DNA of 63,629 bases, filler included, from Olpidium bornovanus S191 (Eukaryota; Fungi; Olpidiomycota): NCBI GenBank assembly GCA_017911155.1. It is 30 parts of 30 records of this genome, joined end to end, with 100 filler letters (N's around TTAATTAATTAA, not from the genome) between each part and the next. Parts side by side here need not be neighbours in the genome. Positions count along the whole stretch, not along the records: positions 1 to 2,056 come from JAEFCI010000073.1; positions 2,157 to 4,051 come from JAEFCI010009582.1; positions 4,152 to 5,338 come from JAEFCI010008348.1; positions 5,439 to 6,732 come from JAEFCI010010423.1; positions 6,833 to 9,320 come from JAEFCI010004422.1; positions 9,421 to 10,893 come from JAEFCI010001532.1; 24 more parts are not named here. The stretch is one strand, 5' to 3'. The position numbers and the translations under genes were made by a program. Below are positions 1 to 9,640 of this stretch, piece by piece; positions within the stretch are counted from its first letter, which is position 1, and each line of letters opens with the position of its first letter. The notes under the pieces were generated by a model. It did not search any database. It worked only from the letters and a program-made list of their open reading frames with translations, and was not told the origin of the DNA.

Positions 1-47
1 AGCGACGGCGGCGCGCACGCCAAGGCGGTAGAGTGGGTGGTGGTGGT

Positions 48-78
<31 letters not shown>

Positions 79-126
79 CCCCCCGGGGGGGGGGGGGGGC
101 GGGGGCCCCCCCCCCCCCCCCGGCGG

Positions 127-157
<31 letters not shown>

Positions 158-173
158 ACCACCACCACCCACT

Positions 174-2054
174 CTACCGCCTTGGCGTGCGCGCCGCCGT
201 CGCTCGCTTCGCCGCCGACGTCGTCCTCGACAGTCCGTCGGCGGCCGCGCCCATCGCCGCCAGGGTGTCCGCCCGAGCTCCGACGAGGTCCTCCTCAAAT
301 TTCAACTCCTCGTCCCCCTTGTCGTCCCCGGCGCGGCGCGGATGGTGTACCCCAGCCGCCTCGCACGCCTCGACGAGCTCGCGAACCCGCCTGCGGAAGC
401 CCTCCACTTCGCGGCTTTTGAGCAGCAGCGCTCGCGAACAGCGCTCCGTGACCGCCTCAAGCTGTCCGCGGCACGCCTCCCGGTCGCGGTCGGTCCGCGC
501 CGTCATGTCCGCCAGCTCCCGCGTGCGCGCCGCGTACCGCCCCTCAAGAAGAACGACCTTGCGCTCCAGTCGGGCAATGAGCTCCGCCGTTGGCGTGCGC
601 GCCCGCTCGCGCTCCGCCTCCAGCTCGAGTCGCGCCGCCTCCAGCTCCCTTTCCAGTGCCGCCCGCTCCCTCTCCGTCGCCGCCGCCCTCGCCGGGTCGG
701 CGTCCGCGAGCCGAGCCTCGGCCTCCCGCGCTCGGGACCTCCACGTCTCCAGCTCCGCCTCGCAAACCTCCAGCCTTGTCCGCAGCGCCTCCGCTTCCCT
801 CCCGAGCGTGCGCTGCGTCTCCTCCCGGAGCAGCCGGAGGCTCCGCTCGTGCTGCTCCATCGATGTCCTCGACGCCTCTTCCTGCGCCTGTCGCATGATG
901 GCCATCGTGCTCTCCTGAACAGACCGCCGCGTCGACTCCGACACCTGCAACCTGCTCGACAGGTCCCCGGCCTCGGCTCGAAGTCGGTCGCACTCTACCC
1001 GCAGGGTGGCCAGCTCCTCCCCGCGCGCCGCCGCCGCCTTGGCCGACTCGCTCAGTTGCGCGATCCGTCCGTCCGCTCGGCGGAGGTGGGACGTCAGGTC
1101 GGCGATCTGCGCTTCGTACATGTCCACGAGCCGGAATTTTTCGCTCCGCGCTTTCGCCAGTTGTCCGCGGAGCCGCTCTACCCGCTCGTCGAGCTCCGTG
1201 TTCCGCCGCTCAAGCTGCCGGCACCGCTCCTCCGCCGCCGCCAGACCGTGCTTCGCACCCTCCATCTCGCCCGCGAGCCTCGTCACTTCTGCCGCATCGT
1301 GCGTCCCCTGAAAGGATGCCCGCCGCTGCGTCTCCAGCACCTGCATCAACTTGTCAACCTGCCGCACCTTCTCCTGGTAAGCGCTCTGGTAGAAGTTCAT
1401 CTGCTGCTCTAGGACGGCCTGCTGCGTCGGCCGGCAGGAAGCGGCGTCCTCGGTGGCGTTCGCGGGTGGCCTCGCCGGCGCCCGAATATCGCTGAAGGGG
1501 GAACCCGGGGGCGAGCAGGGTAGATTCTCCCCTTCCGACTCGCCGTTGTGTCTGGGCCAGGAGCTGGATCTGCGTTCCACCCTCCTCTCCAGCTCCGAAA
1601 TCCGCTCCTGCCACATCTGCCGCAGCGCGCTCTGCTCCTCCATCAGTTTCGACAGGCGCCCGTCGAAATCCGCTCGGAGCTGGAGATTCTCTTCTGTCAG
1701 GCGTTTGACTTTTTCTTCGTCCACCACCGGCTGCACGGCAGATATGAGCGAGGAGAGCGATTCGGACTTCGGAAGTGATCTTTTGGGACCTGGCCCCGCG
1801 GCCGACGCACCGGCTGACGCCTTGGCCAAACGCAGCTCGCCTTCTAGCACCGCGATCTTGCGCTCCAACGTCGTGACCTGCGCTGCCGCGGCGGCGGCTG
1901 CTGCCTCAGCAGCCGCCGCCGCCTCCTCTGACGCGAGAGACGTGGGACACGCAACGCCGTCGCTAACGAGAGTGGTGTCAGGCTTCTCGGTCGCCGCTGC
2001 CGCTGCAGCGCGTCGCTCCGCGTCCAGCTCGGCCTTCAACTTAACGACCTCCAT
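174..2054 (-). CDS. CEP162: Long coiled-coil protein, C-terminal part, CEP162/QN1-like centriolar transition-zone protein (5' truncated)
   Basis: 626-aa ORF with GC-rich codons and heptad-rich E/R/A/L composition. The C-terminal segment LERKVVLLEGRYAARTREL...LLLKSREVEGFRRRVRELV resembles the CEP162 C-terminus as I recall it (LEKKIKQMEMRHAQREQEL...QLKNRELEKFRTELD). The ATG is only the contig-edge CATG. Confidence 0.6.
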   Translation of the reverse strand: MEVVKLKAELDAERRAAAAAATEKPDTTLVSDGVACPTSLASEEAAAAAEAAAAAAAAQVTTLERKIAVLEGELRLAKASAGASAAGPGPKRSLPKSESLSSLISAVQPVVDEEKVKRLTEENLQLRADFDGRLSKLMEEQSALRQMWQERISELERRVERRSSSWPRHNGESEGENLPCSPPGSPFSDIRAPARPPANATEDAASCRPTQQAVLEQQMNFYQSAYQEKVRQVDKLMQVLETQRRASFQGTHDAAEVTRLAGEMEGAKHGLAAAEERCRQLERRNTELDERVERLRGQLAKARSEKFRLVDMYEAQIADLTSHLRRADGRIAQLSESAKAAAARGEELATLRVECDRLRAEAGDLSSRLQVSESTRRSVQESTMAIMRQAQEEASRTSMEQHERSLRLLREETQRTLGREAEALRTRLEVCEAELETWRSRAREAEARLADADPARAAATERERAALERELEAARLELEAERERARTPTAELIARLERKVVLLEGRYAARTRELADMTARTDRDREACRGQLEAVTERCSRALLLKSREVEGFRRRVRELVEACEAAGVHHPRRAGDDKGDEELKFEEDLVGARADTLAAMGAAADGLSRTTSAAKRATAARTPRR

Positions 2055-2200
2055 GCNNNNNNNNNNNNNNNNNNNNNNNNNNNNNNNNNNNNNNNNNNNN
2101 TTAATTAATTAANNNNNNNNNNNNNNNNNNNNNNNNNNNNNNNNNNNNNNNNNNNNTCATGGCGCAAAATGCTGACCTCTTCCTTTCCATCGCTCCCCAG

Positions 2201-2490
2201 GCCCTTCCTGCAGCTCCCACAACTTCGCGTCGCGTAACCAGTGCCTCGGCTGCGGGATCGCAAGGCCGACGACGTTCACGAACACGATTGCCGCGGCCGA
2301 CCCTCCCCCGCCGGGCGTATCGCACCCCGAGCCGCACCCGCCGGGCTCGCCGCACCACGGCGGAGCGAAGCCGGGAGTTTGGGTGTGCGCCAATGCCTCG
2401 TGCGGCTACCACAATTTCGCCAAGAGATCGTCGTGCGTCAGGTGCGGAGTCCCCCCGCCGCAGGGCGTCAGCAAGGATCTCGCCTTCTAG
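2201..2490 (+). CDS. Terminal exon with two RanBP2-type zinc fingers (probable RNA-binding protein); absent from the ORF track
   Basis: Follows a GCTGAC branch-like site and a CCCCAG acceptor. Reads (C)PSCSSHNFASRNQCLGCG...VWVCANASCGYHNFAKRSSCVRCG...DLAF*, which gives two copies of W-x-C-x2/4-C-x3-N-x6-C-x2-C. Confidence 0.8.
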
Positions 2491-2974
2491 AAAAACGCAG
2501 AGGTATGCGGGCAATGGGGGGTTGTCGCCGCGCGGGATTACTTCGGGGGCGAAACTTTAAAAGGGCAATGCACGAGAGAGAACACCATCCGGTCGCAAAG
2601 CCGGGAACCGGAAGTATCGGAAGCACAACGGAAGGAAACAAAAAAGAAGAAAAGTTAAAGATTTGTTTTTCCCCTTTGAAAAAGCATCTTGTAATGGGCG
2701 TATGACGCCCCGCTCGCTGCCCGGCCGCTCCTTCGTCGCCGAATGCCGAGGGACGAAGAGAACGCAGATAAGTTTCCGGCGCCAACTTTTATTTTTTCGC
2801 GGTAGGCCGGGATAATTTCCTTTTTGGAAATACATCACCCGTCGCCGACGTAAACGACCGGGCTTAGCGCCGATACCCGAGTTATAAGACGCCCATTTCC
2901 TTTTGGGGGCGTGCTTACTTTTTGTTACGTGCACACAGTTTCCTTTCGCGCAGACACGAGTGTGGGAAGGCACC

Positions 2975-3031
2975 TGTGTGTGTGTGTGTGCGTGCGTGCG
3001 TGGTGTGTGTGTGGGCGGGCTTGTGTGTGTG
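2975..3031. repeat. (TG)n/(TGCG)n microsatellite
   Basis: Directly visible dinucleotide run. Confidence 0.8.
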
Positions 3032-4192
3032 TGGATAGTATTATCTGCGTGCGGGATTGGTTCCCAGCGAGGGGAAAAGGATTCCATAATAATTGGACCC
3101 GAAAGGTCCAGAAAAACGCCGCTCTGGAAAACGCCACAATCGTACCGCGGGAAAGCTTTCCCCAAGAACCAGAAAAACCTGCGCTGTGAACCCTTTTTGC
3201 CCACACCTGTCACACCTGGGCTGTCTACAGCGAATTGAAGGCGCCTCCCCTGCCAGGGAGCGACGCAAAGAGTCTCTGACCGCGGAGAGCAAAAACCGGA
3301 GAATTGCGACGTGCCGGATCACGCGCCGAAACGCCAACGCGTCGAAAAAATCCCAGCGCCCAAACCTGGCGGCCAAAAAAAAAAACCCCCCCCCCCCGAA
3401 GAAAAGCGGCGTCAAAAGAAGCGCTCCTGCCAAGAAGGACACCGCGACCGACAAGAAAGATGACAAGAAAGAAAAATATGAAAAGAAAGAGAACGGCGTT
3501 TCATGTCGCATGCGTTGCGGGCGCTATCGAAGGCCACGCAGAGGGAACGACGACAGCAGTCTTGGCAAAATCTCTCCGCGTCAACCTTAAGAGTCAAGAA
3601 TCACGTTGCGCAGTGGCGCTGCACTGGCACATGGTACCCGACGCCCACTGGTTTTTCTCTTCCCAGCCGACCAACGCAAGGGTCTGGACGGCATCGAAGG
3701 CAAACGAACCGGTTACTGCCGTGGTGATCGATTGGTGCGCGCAGGTGGGATGTTAGAAATAAAGGGTGAAAGGAAAGAGGGGGCTGAGCGCACTGCGCGC
3801 ACCAACCGCTGTTGCCCCTTTGTAAAAGTCCTTAGCCACCTGCCCTATAACATCGACCTAGAAAAGCTGGCAACATAACGCCGGGAATACAGTTCTCATC
3901 ACTACGGCTTCGTTTGCGGGTTCTCCTGGTTCCCCTTCCGGCCACGTCTGGCCCCCCTCCCCTTCTTCCGAGAGAGAAAAAAAAAAATTAAACGGCGCTC
4001 CCCCACCACACACACTCACACGCGCGCGGGCGCTCCCTCGCCGCCCACCCANNNNNNNNNNNNNNNNNNNNNNNNNNNNNNNNNNNNNNNNNNNNTTAAT
4101 TAATTAANNNNNNNNNNNNNNNNNNNNNNNNNNNNNNNNNNNNNNNNNNNNCCCCCCCCCCCCACCGCCCCCTTCCCTTCTTCGAAACGCAG

Positions 4193-4642
4193 CTCGGGAT
4201 GTACAACAACCAGGGATCGATGAAGACCTCGAAGCCTTTTGAGGCGCACGTCCTCCGAGCCCAGCTCTGCGGCTCCTACCCCCCGTCGCAGTGCCAGGAC
4301 GTCACCCCCTCGGGAAACGCCACGGCGCTGGTGGCGCAGAGGAAAATCGCGCAGCTGTCCCTGGCGGGCGGCGCGGCCTTTCCGAACTTCGGCATCGAGC
4401 AGGGCGACTCGGCCCCGTATCCGCTCAACGGGTTCGAGAGACTGTACACGAACAGGGAGACGGCCACCCTGCAGAACGTCTTCACCTGCCCGGCGGACGC
4501 GGCCGCGCCCTACGGGGCGGAGAGGTGCGCCGTGGTCGCCGCCGCGGACCCGGAGTACAAGATGACGAACGGGACAATGTCGCTCAATTACTACCTGAAC
4601 GTCACGCTCAGGGCGGAACCCAGCAGCACCTGCTTCCCGTGA
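4193..4642 (+). CDS. Terminal exon of an unknown, probably extracellular protein
   Basis: Follows a CGCAG acceptor, has strong GC3 codon bias, five Cys and N-glycosylation sequons NAT, NGT and NVT. No family recognised. Confidence 0.55.
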   Translation, partial: LGMYNNQGSMKTSKPFEAHVLRAQLCGSYPPSQCQDVTPSGNATALVAQRKIAQLSLAGGAAFPNFGIEQGDSAPYPLNGFERLYTNRETATLQNVFTCPADAAAPYGAERCAVVAAADPEYKMTNGTMSLNYYLNVTLRAEPSSTCFP

Positions 4643-7068
4643 AGGTGGAAACCGGATTGCCTTAGAAGAAATCATCCACGCGCCTGAATTAAGACGGTGA
4701 ACCGATGAAGTATTCTGAGGGTTGAGGTCCGAAATTCCCCTTAGTGGCTCGCCGCGAGGGAGGGGGGGGGGAAGGGGAGAGAGGGTCACTGGCGGTGGGT
4801 TTGACAGTCCGACGAAAGCGCGCGATGCAGGCTTTGGTACCTGCGAAGGTGACTAACGAAGCCGCCGACCGGCGAAGGCACCGGCGAAGGCGCCGACGGG
4901 AGCGTCGGTGCCCACGCCGGGGAGCGCGACGACGGAGGGCGAATCGACGGCGGCGAGCGAGGCGTGACCAGCGGAACGCTCTCGGCGCCGCCGGGCGCCG
5001 CCGAGGCCGTCGGGACGCGCGCGTCGGCCCGGAGGGGTTCAACGTTGGGGGAATGTCGGGGCGCTCGACCGCGTCTCTGTCGAGCGGCCGGAGTGTGGGG
5101 CGGCGACGACGACAACCGGGAAGCACCGACGCGCCTTTCGCCGCAGCAGAAAAGCACCCCGGCTGGCCCCCTCCCCCCATACCCACCCCCCGCGCGTCCC
5201 CGCGCGAAACAATTCCGGAAGGCCACCTGGTGCCACCGACACCGCCGTAACAGTTCCGGGTGGATCACCTTTCTCGACACGGCCGCCGCTTGCCTGGCGA
5301 AGCGGCAATGGGGGGGGGGGGGGGGGGGGGGGGGGGGGNNNNNNNNNNNNNNNNNNNNNNNNNNNNNNNNNNNNNNNNNNNNTTAATTAATTAANNNNNN
5401 NNNNNNNNNNNNNNNNNNNNNNNNNNNNNNNNNNNNNNAAAAGAAAAAAAGAAAAAAAAGGGAAAAAGGGTCCTACATCGCTTACCATTTCGGCGCCGCC
5501 TACTTGGATCCGCACTCTAAGTGAAAAATTGTACTGCGGGAATTAGTTGATTTTGCATGGCATTTGATCAATGTGGGCTGTGATGCCTGTAGAAGATGAT
5601 GTGAGCATAGGAGGATGCACAGAGATCAAGCAGGATTCAATTACATTTTCATTCTAGCTCTTTTTTGAGGCCGCGAATATCGCAGTGGTGAGAAGCAAAC
5701 AGCGGCGAGAAAACGGCTCATGGCAGCTAGTAAACAGCCGCAGACGACAAGGCTGCATAAATTCACGCGGCTCTCACGCGGCGCTGCGGGGGGCTGCTTG
5801 CTCGTCGCTAGCACGCTTGCGCGTGTGCTGCAGGAAAGCGAGTGAGCAAAACCTTGAAAGTGGGCAGCAATTTTTGAAGTAGGGAGCAGTCTTGCGCGTG
5901 TCCACTCACGTAGGTTGTTTTTTGGCATATTGCGGCGGAGTGCCAGCGGTGACGTTTTCGGACTGGGTTGCGGGGCCGCGATTCGTCACGGCGGTGGTAC
6001 TGGCCCGCATCGCGCCCGGGTGCCTGTGGGGCTCGTTGTCTGCTAGAGGGAAAGAAGACGAGGGGACACGCGAGGCGGAGAGGAGGGGGGCAGCGGCCGT
6101 GTGGTCTTAAGGACGGGAAAGGGTGAAGTTATTGTGACGGTCAGATTGTTCATTTGGGCTTTCTTCGCCGCGAGCCGCGCACGCACCTTCCTCCGTTAGA
6201 CGCGTTCGGCCGCTTGTGAGCGCTTCCCGGCGTGTTTCCACGCTCTCCGGGGTTGCCAAGCCGGCGGTTCGGGAGGCGGAGCCCCCCCCCCTCTCGGCGA
6301 GTGCGACGGCGCGAGAGGACGGAGCGGCGATTTCATCTTCCCAAAGGGCGACCGCGGGCGCGCCTTTTGGGCGCATAACGAACGGCTTCTCCCGTAGCGC
6401 CGTCGCTCCAGAGGGCGTCGGAAGCACGCAGCTCCTCCGACGGGTGACGAAGGAAGCAACCCCCGCCGCCGTCGAACGAAAAAAAAAAAAAAAATAAAAT
6501 GAAAGAGAAGCGAAAAGAAAAGAAAAAAAGAACCTCGCAAGACCTGGTGCCGCCAATAAGTGAGCACACATCCGGGATGGGTAACAGCAAACACACCCCC
6601 CGGCGGTGTTTAAAGCGTATAAGCGCGGACGTCGCTCGAGGACCGTCTTCGCCGTGCCCACCTTCGCCGCGCTCGAAATTCTGGTATATCTGTGCCGCAA
6701 ATGTATTTCGGCGCCGCAAATGTTTCAACATGNNNNNNNNNNNNNNNNNNNNNNNNNNNNNNNNNNNNNNNNNNNNTTAATTAATTAANNNNNNNNNNNN
6801 NNNNNNNNNNNNNNNNNNNNNNNNNNNNNNNNCATGCTCCCGCGCCTTTCCACTTCCTTCCGAACTGCGGCCTGGTCGGCCAAGATTCCAGCCTTTGCGC
6901 CTCCAGGAACAAGATACTCCGCGCGCGATCAGGCTCTGTCGACATCGATGACTCCTTCTGTGTTGCGATGGTAGTGTTGTATGCGGCTCTGTTTTCGCTG
7001 CGTCTCTGTTTCTGTGAAACTGAAAGTGATTGGGTGTACTTGGAGAGACATTTTGTGGTTTGCAGATG

Positions 7069-7170
7069 ATTTCGGTCCGGACTTGTCTCCCAAACGGATC
7101 CCGGTTTTGGTCCGGACTTCTCTCCAAAATGGATTCTGGTTTTGGTCCGGACTTCTTTCTAAACGGATTC
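7069..7170. repeat. Left tandem array, about 3 copies of 35-bp unit TGGTTTTGGTCCGGACTTCTCTCCAAAATGGATTC
   Basis: Units are readable directly and are the reverse complement of the array at 8430-8636. Confidence 0.9.
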
Positions 7171-7633
7171 ATCTTGAAGGACGCGACCCCGACGTCTAAC
7201 CCGGTACGGCAGATACCGAGAGCAGCAGAGAGGCGATCGGACTTCAGGACAAGACGCCTTTTAAAAGTCCGTTCGCGGGCAAAAAAAAAATAACAGAGGT
7301 GTCACCGGAGATGCCGAATCAGGAAATTTCCGAAAAGGCGGGGTCGTCGAATCCTCAGTTTATTTTTTTTTTTAAAAAAAACAAGCAACAGGGAGTCACG
7401 CAGTTTTCTGCGCGACTCCCACCATCTCTTAAGAGCCGTCCGGTGTGATCGATCTGGTCAACCTCGCTAGCGTTTAAATGCATAGGAAGACCGGATCGCC
7501 GGACGTCTCCTTTGAGACCGCTACAAGACACCTCCCTGCAGCATATCACGCGCGCTTTCCCCGGGGTCCTTTCTGAATCCACGCGCACTATTCGGCTGCA
7601 GGTAACTATGCCTCGTAGCGACGGTGCCGCAAG

Positions 7634-8397
7634 ATGAAATCCTGCGAAACCGCGGAAGCAGCAGACCGGGGGTCGACGGGGGCGACGCGGGTCCGCCCAA
7701 ATCGATCGCGTACATCGTCTTACCGCTCCCTGGGCTTACTGCGACGGCGAGGTCGGGCCACGAGACACCCGCATCTTTCCGTTCTGCTGCTGGCTAATGC
7801 ACCAGTACAAGGTGAAAATGAAAACTCAGTTTATTTAAACGTCCGGGTTTTACCGTGTTATGTGGACGAAGCGAGCGCAGGTGGGCAGTTTGTCTACATT
7901 CACTTCTACAAGGCGACATTCTTGGGCAAAATAGAACACGTTATGAGCATACAGCTTGGCCCGGAAGCCTTGCGCGGTACGGTCCCTGTTGCGCAAGTGA
8001 CGGAGGTTGACACGGCGATATTTTAAAATCCGGTTCTATCACAAAATGATTGACATCAGTCCGGCAGATATCGCTGCTCGCATCACATGTCATCATGATG
8101 GGGGCGTGGCAACGGATTGAAGCGGGGAGAGTCTGCACCGTCAAAAATAACATGTTGAATTTTAGGGCCTCTAAGTTGAATTTTTGGGGTCAACCAAGAC
8201 GTGATGGCGGGCCTGCACGTCCTGTCCCTTCCGAGGCGGGTCCGAGCGTGATGTCCACCACGGTGTGGAAGATGTTGAGGGTCGCCAGCGGTCGAGCTCC
8301 CATCAGTCCTCTGTCATCAGTCATCAGTCCTCCGGAAGACTTTCATTACCGCCACCACAATATCGTCATAAAAGACGGTATATTTTCGACGGCGTGA
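7634..8397 (+). other. Two short intronless ORFs (7634-8026 and 8050-8397) of unknown function between the inverted arrays
   Basis: Co-oriented, 23 nt apart, with globular-looking composition (VYLNVRVLPCYVDE...FVYIHFYKATFLGKIEHVMSIQLG). No recognised motif; may be one decayed gene. Confidence 0.25.
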
Positions 8398-8429
8398 TCA
8401 CGAATTCGATCCAAATCCGTAGTTGCTCA

Positions 8430-8636
8430 GAATCCATTTTGGAGAGGAGTCCGGACCAAAATCAGGATTCATTTTGGAAAGAAGTCTGGACCAAAACCAG
8501 AGTCCATCTTGGAAAGAAGTCCGGACCAAAACCAGAATCCATCTTGGAGAAAAGTCCGGACCAAAACCAAAATCCATCTTGCAGGAAACCAGAATCCATC
8601 TTGGAGAGAAGTCTGGACCAAAACCAAACTCCATTT
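8430..8636. repeat. Right tandem array, 5 full plus 1 truncated copies of 35-bp unit GAATCCATCTTGGAGAGAAGTCCGGACCAAAACCA
   Basis: Units are readable directly. Each carries a GTC(C/T)GGAC palindromic core. The array is inverted relative to 7069-7170. Confidence 0.92.
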
Positions 8637-8959
8637 GGCGATTGCAAGATACCCACCAGTGACTTCTTGAGCCTGTTCTTGTAAAATTCATAGTCTATCC
8701 CTTCGGATTCGCCGTAGTAGCTGATGTCTCTCCATCTTCTTCCTTGGAGCCTCTCAGGAACGTCAACAACGACATATTCCAGTTTCGACCCCGGAGGGTA
8801 ACTTCTTCCGCTATCTTCTGACAGTTTCTTGAACACGGCCCCCGGACAACCGCAAAACTGTAATTTTCTTTGAGCGTCGTCGACATGAGAAGGTCTTCCG
8901 TCTTCACGCCTCCGTCAAACAGCGAGGCGATTTTCCACTTCACGTAACCTCTGATTTCT
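8636..8959 (-). pseudogene. polB: C-terminal (thumb) fragment of a divergent family B DNA polymerase, large-DNA-virus-like, frameshifted
   Basis: Two frames join as EIRGYVKWKIASLFDGGVKTEDLLMSTTLKENYSFAV / AVFKKLSEDSGRSYPPGSKLEYVVVDVPERLQGRRWRDISYYGESEGIDYEFYKNRLKKSLVGILQ. This matches the PolB thumb pattern L..G.V..EDL...L...Y ... PG.+L.YV+V ... IDY.+Y...L...L..I. The frameshift is near 8836-8850. Confidence 0.75.
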
Positions 8960-9421
8960 CTGCGAGGGAGCGAGAGGAGGGCGGGGTGCGTGCGTGCGTG
9001 GTGATCACGAGAAGAAGAAGAGAAGGAGGGGAGGGGGCTCGGGCGGTGCGGGGCGGGCGAGCGGCGCGGCGTGTGAAAAAAGGGGAAAAAAAAACCCAAC
9101 AAAAAAAAGGAAAAAAGAAAAAAAAAAAAAAAAAACGCGCGCGCTCGCAGTCGATCGTTTCCCCACCCCGCCCAGAAGGAAGCGGGAGAGGGGCGGAAGG
9201 GAAGGGTGAAGGAAGAGGGGAGGGGAGGGAGGGAGGGGAGGGAGGTGCCGACGGGGGGGGGGGAGAAGGGAGCCCGGGCGGGGGACAAAAAAAAAAAAAA
9301 AACAAAAAAAAAACGGGGAGNNNNNNNNNNNNNNNNNNNNNNNNNNNNNNNNNNNNNNNNNNNNTTAATTAATTAANNNNNNNNNNNNNNNNNNNNNNNN
9401 NNNNNNNNNNNNNNNNNNNNC

Positions 9422-9640
9422 ATGTACCTTGTCCAGGTAATTTCCCTACCTGAAAAAAAGCCTCGTAAAAGGGGAAGTACCCCACCCGGCAGTTTATTTC
9501 GTATAGGTTGCTTCTTACAACGGGTCGGTCTCGATTCAGCATTCAGATATTTAGCAACTACGCCGTCGACTGGAGGGTGTGGTTCGCAGAAACCTTCATG
9601 GGCCTCAAGCCCTCGGTTCGCACTTGGAGTAACGCAGCCC
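9422..9640 (+). CDS. Probable coding exons of an unknown protein (partial)
   Basis: MYLVQ|GTAATT donor, then TTCAG|IFSNYAVDWRVWFAETFMGLKPSVRTWSNAARE with host-like codon bias. No family recognised. Confidence 0.35.

Larger units (their letters stand above)
7069..8636. mobile_element. Putative foldback-like or viral element of about 1.57 kb bounded by inverted tandem arrays
   Basis: Two inverted arrays of the same unit bracket about 1.26 kb of lower-GC DNA. No transposase and no clear target-site duplication seen. Confidence 0.4.

Noticed and set aside
33-1412. Long plus-strand ORFs (459 aa and 293 aa) and similar Arg/Pro/Gly-rich ORFs elsewhere (e.g. 22336-23235, 30384-31451, 40190-41368, 49448-50272)
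   Set aside because: They are antisense or off-frame shadows of real GC-rich genes, or homopolymer translations, with no motifs.
2101-2112. Recurrent TTAATTAATTAA palindrome as a biological repeat
   Set aside because: It is always centred in 44+44 N, so it is an assembly concatenation linker. ORFs ending in ...XXXLIN are artefacts of it.
7069-8636. 35-bp arrays, and the 31-bp array at 37637-37873, as CRISPR arrays
   Set aside because: The units are contiguous with no unique spacers, there are no cas genes, and the context is eukaryotic.
8265-8691. ORFs 8265-8684, 8398-8691 and 8423-8662 as repeat proteins
   Set aside because: They are translations of the 35-bp array. The unit is not a multiple of three, so the same peptide appears in rotating frames.
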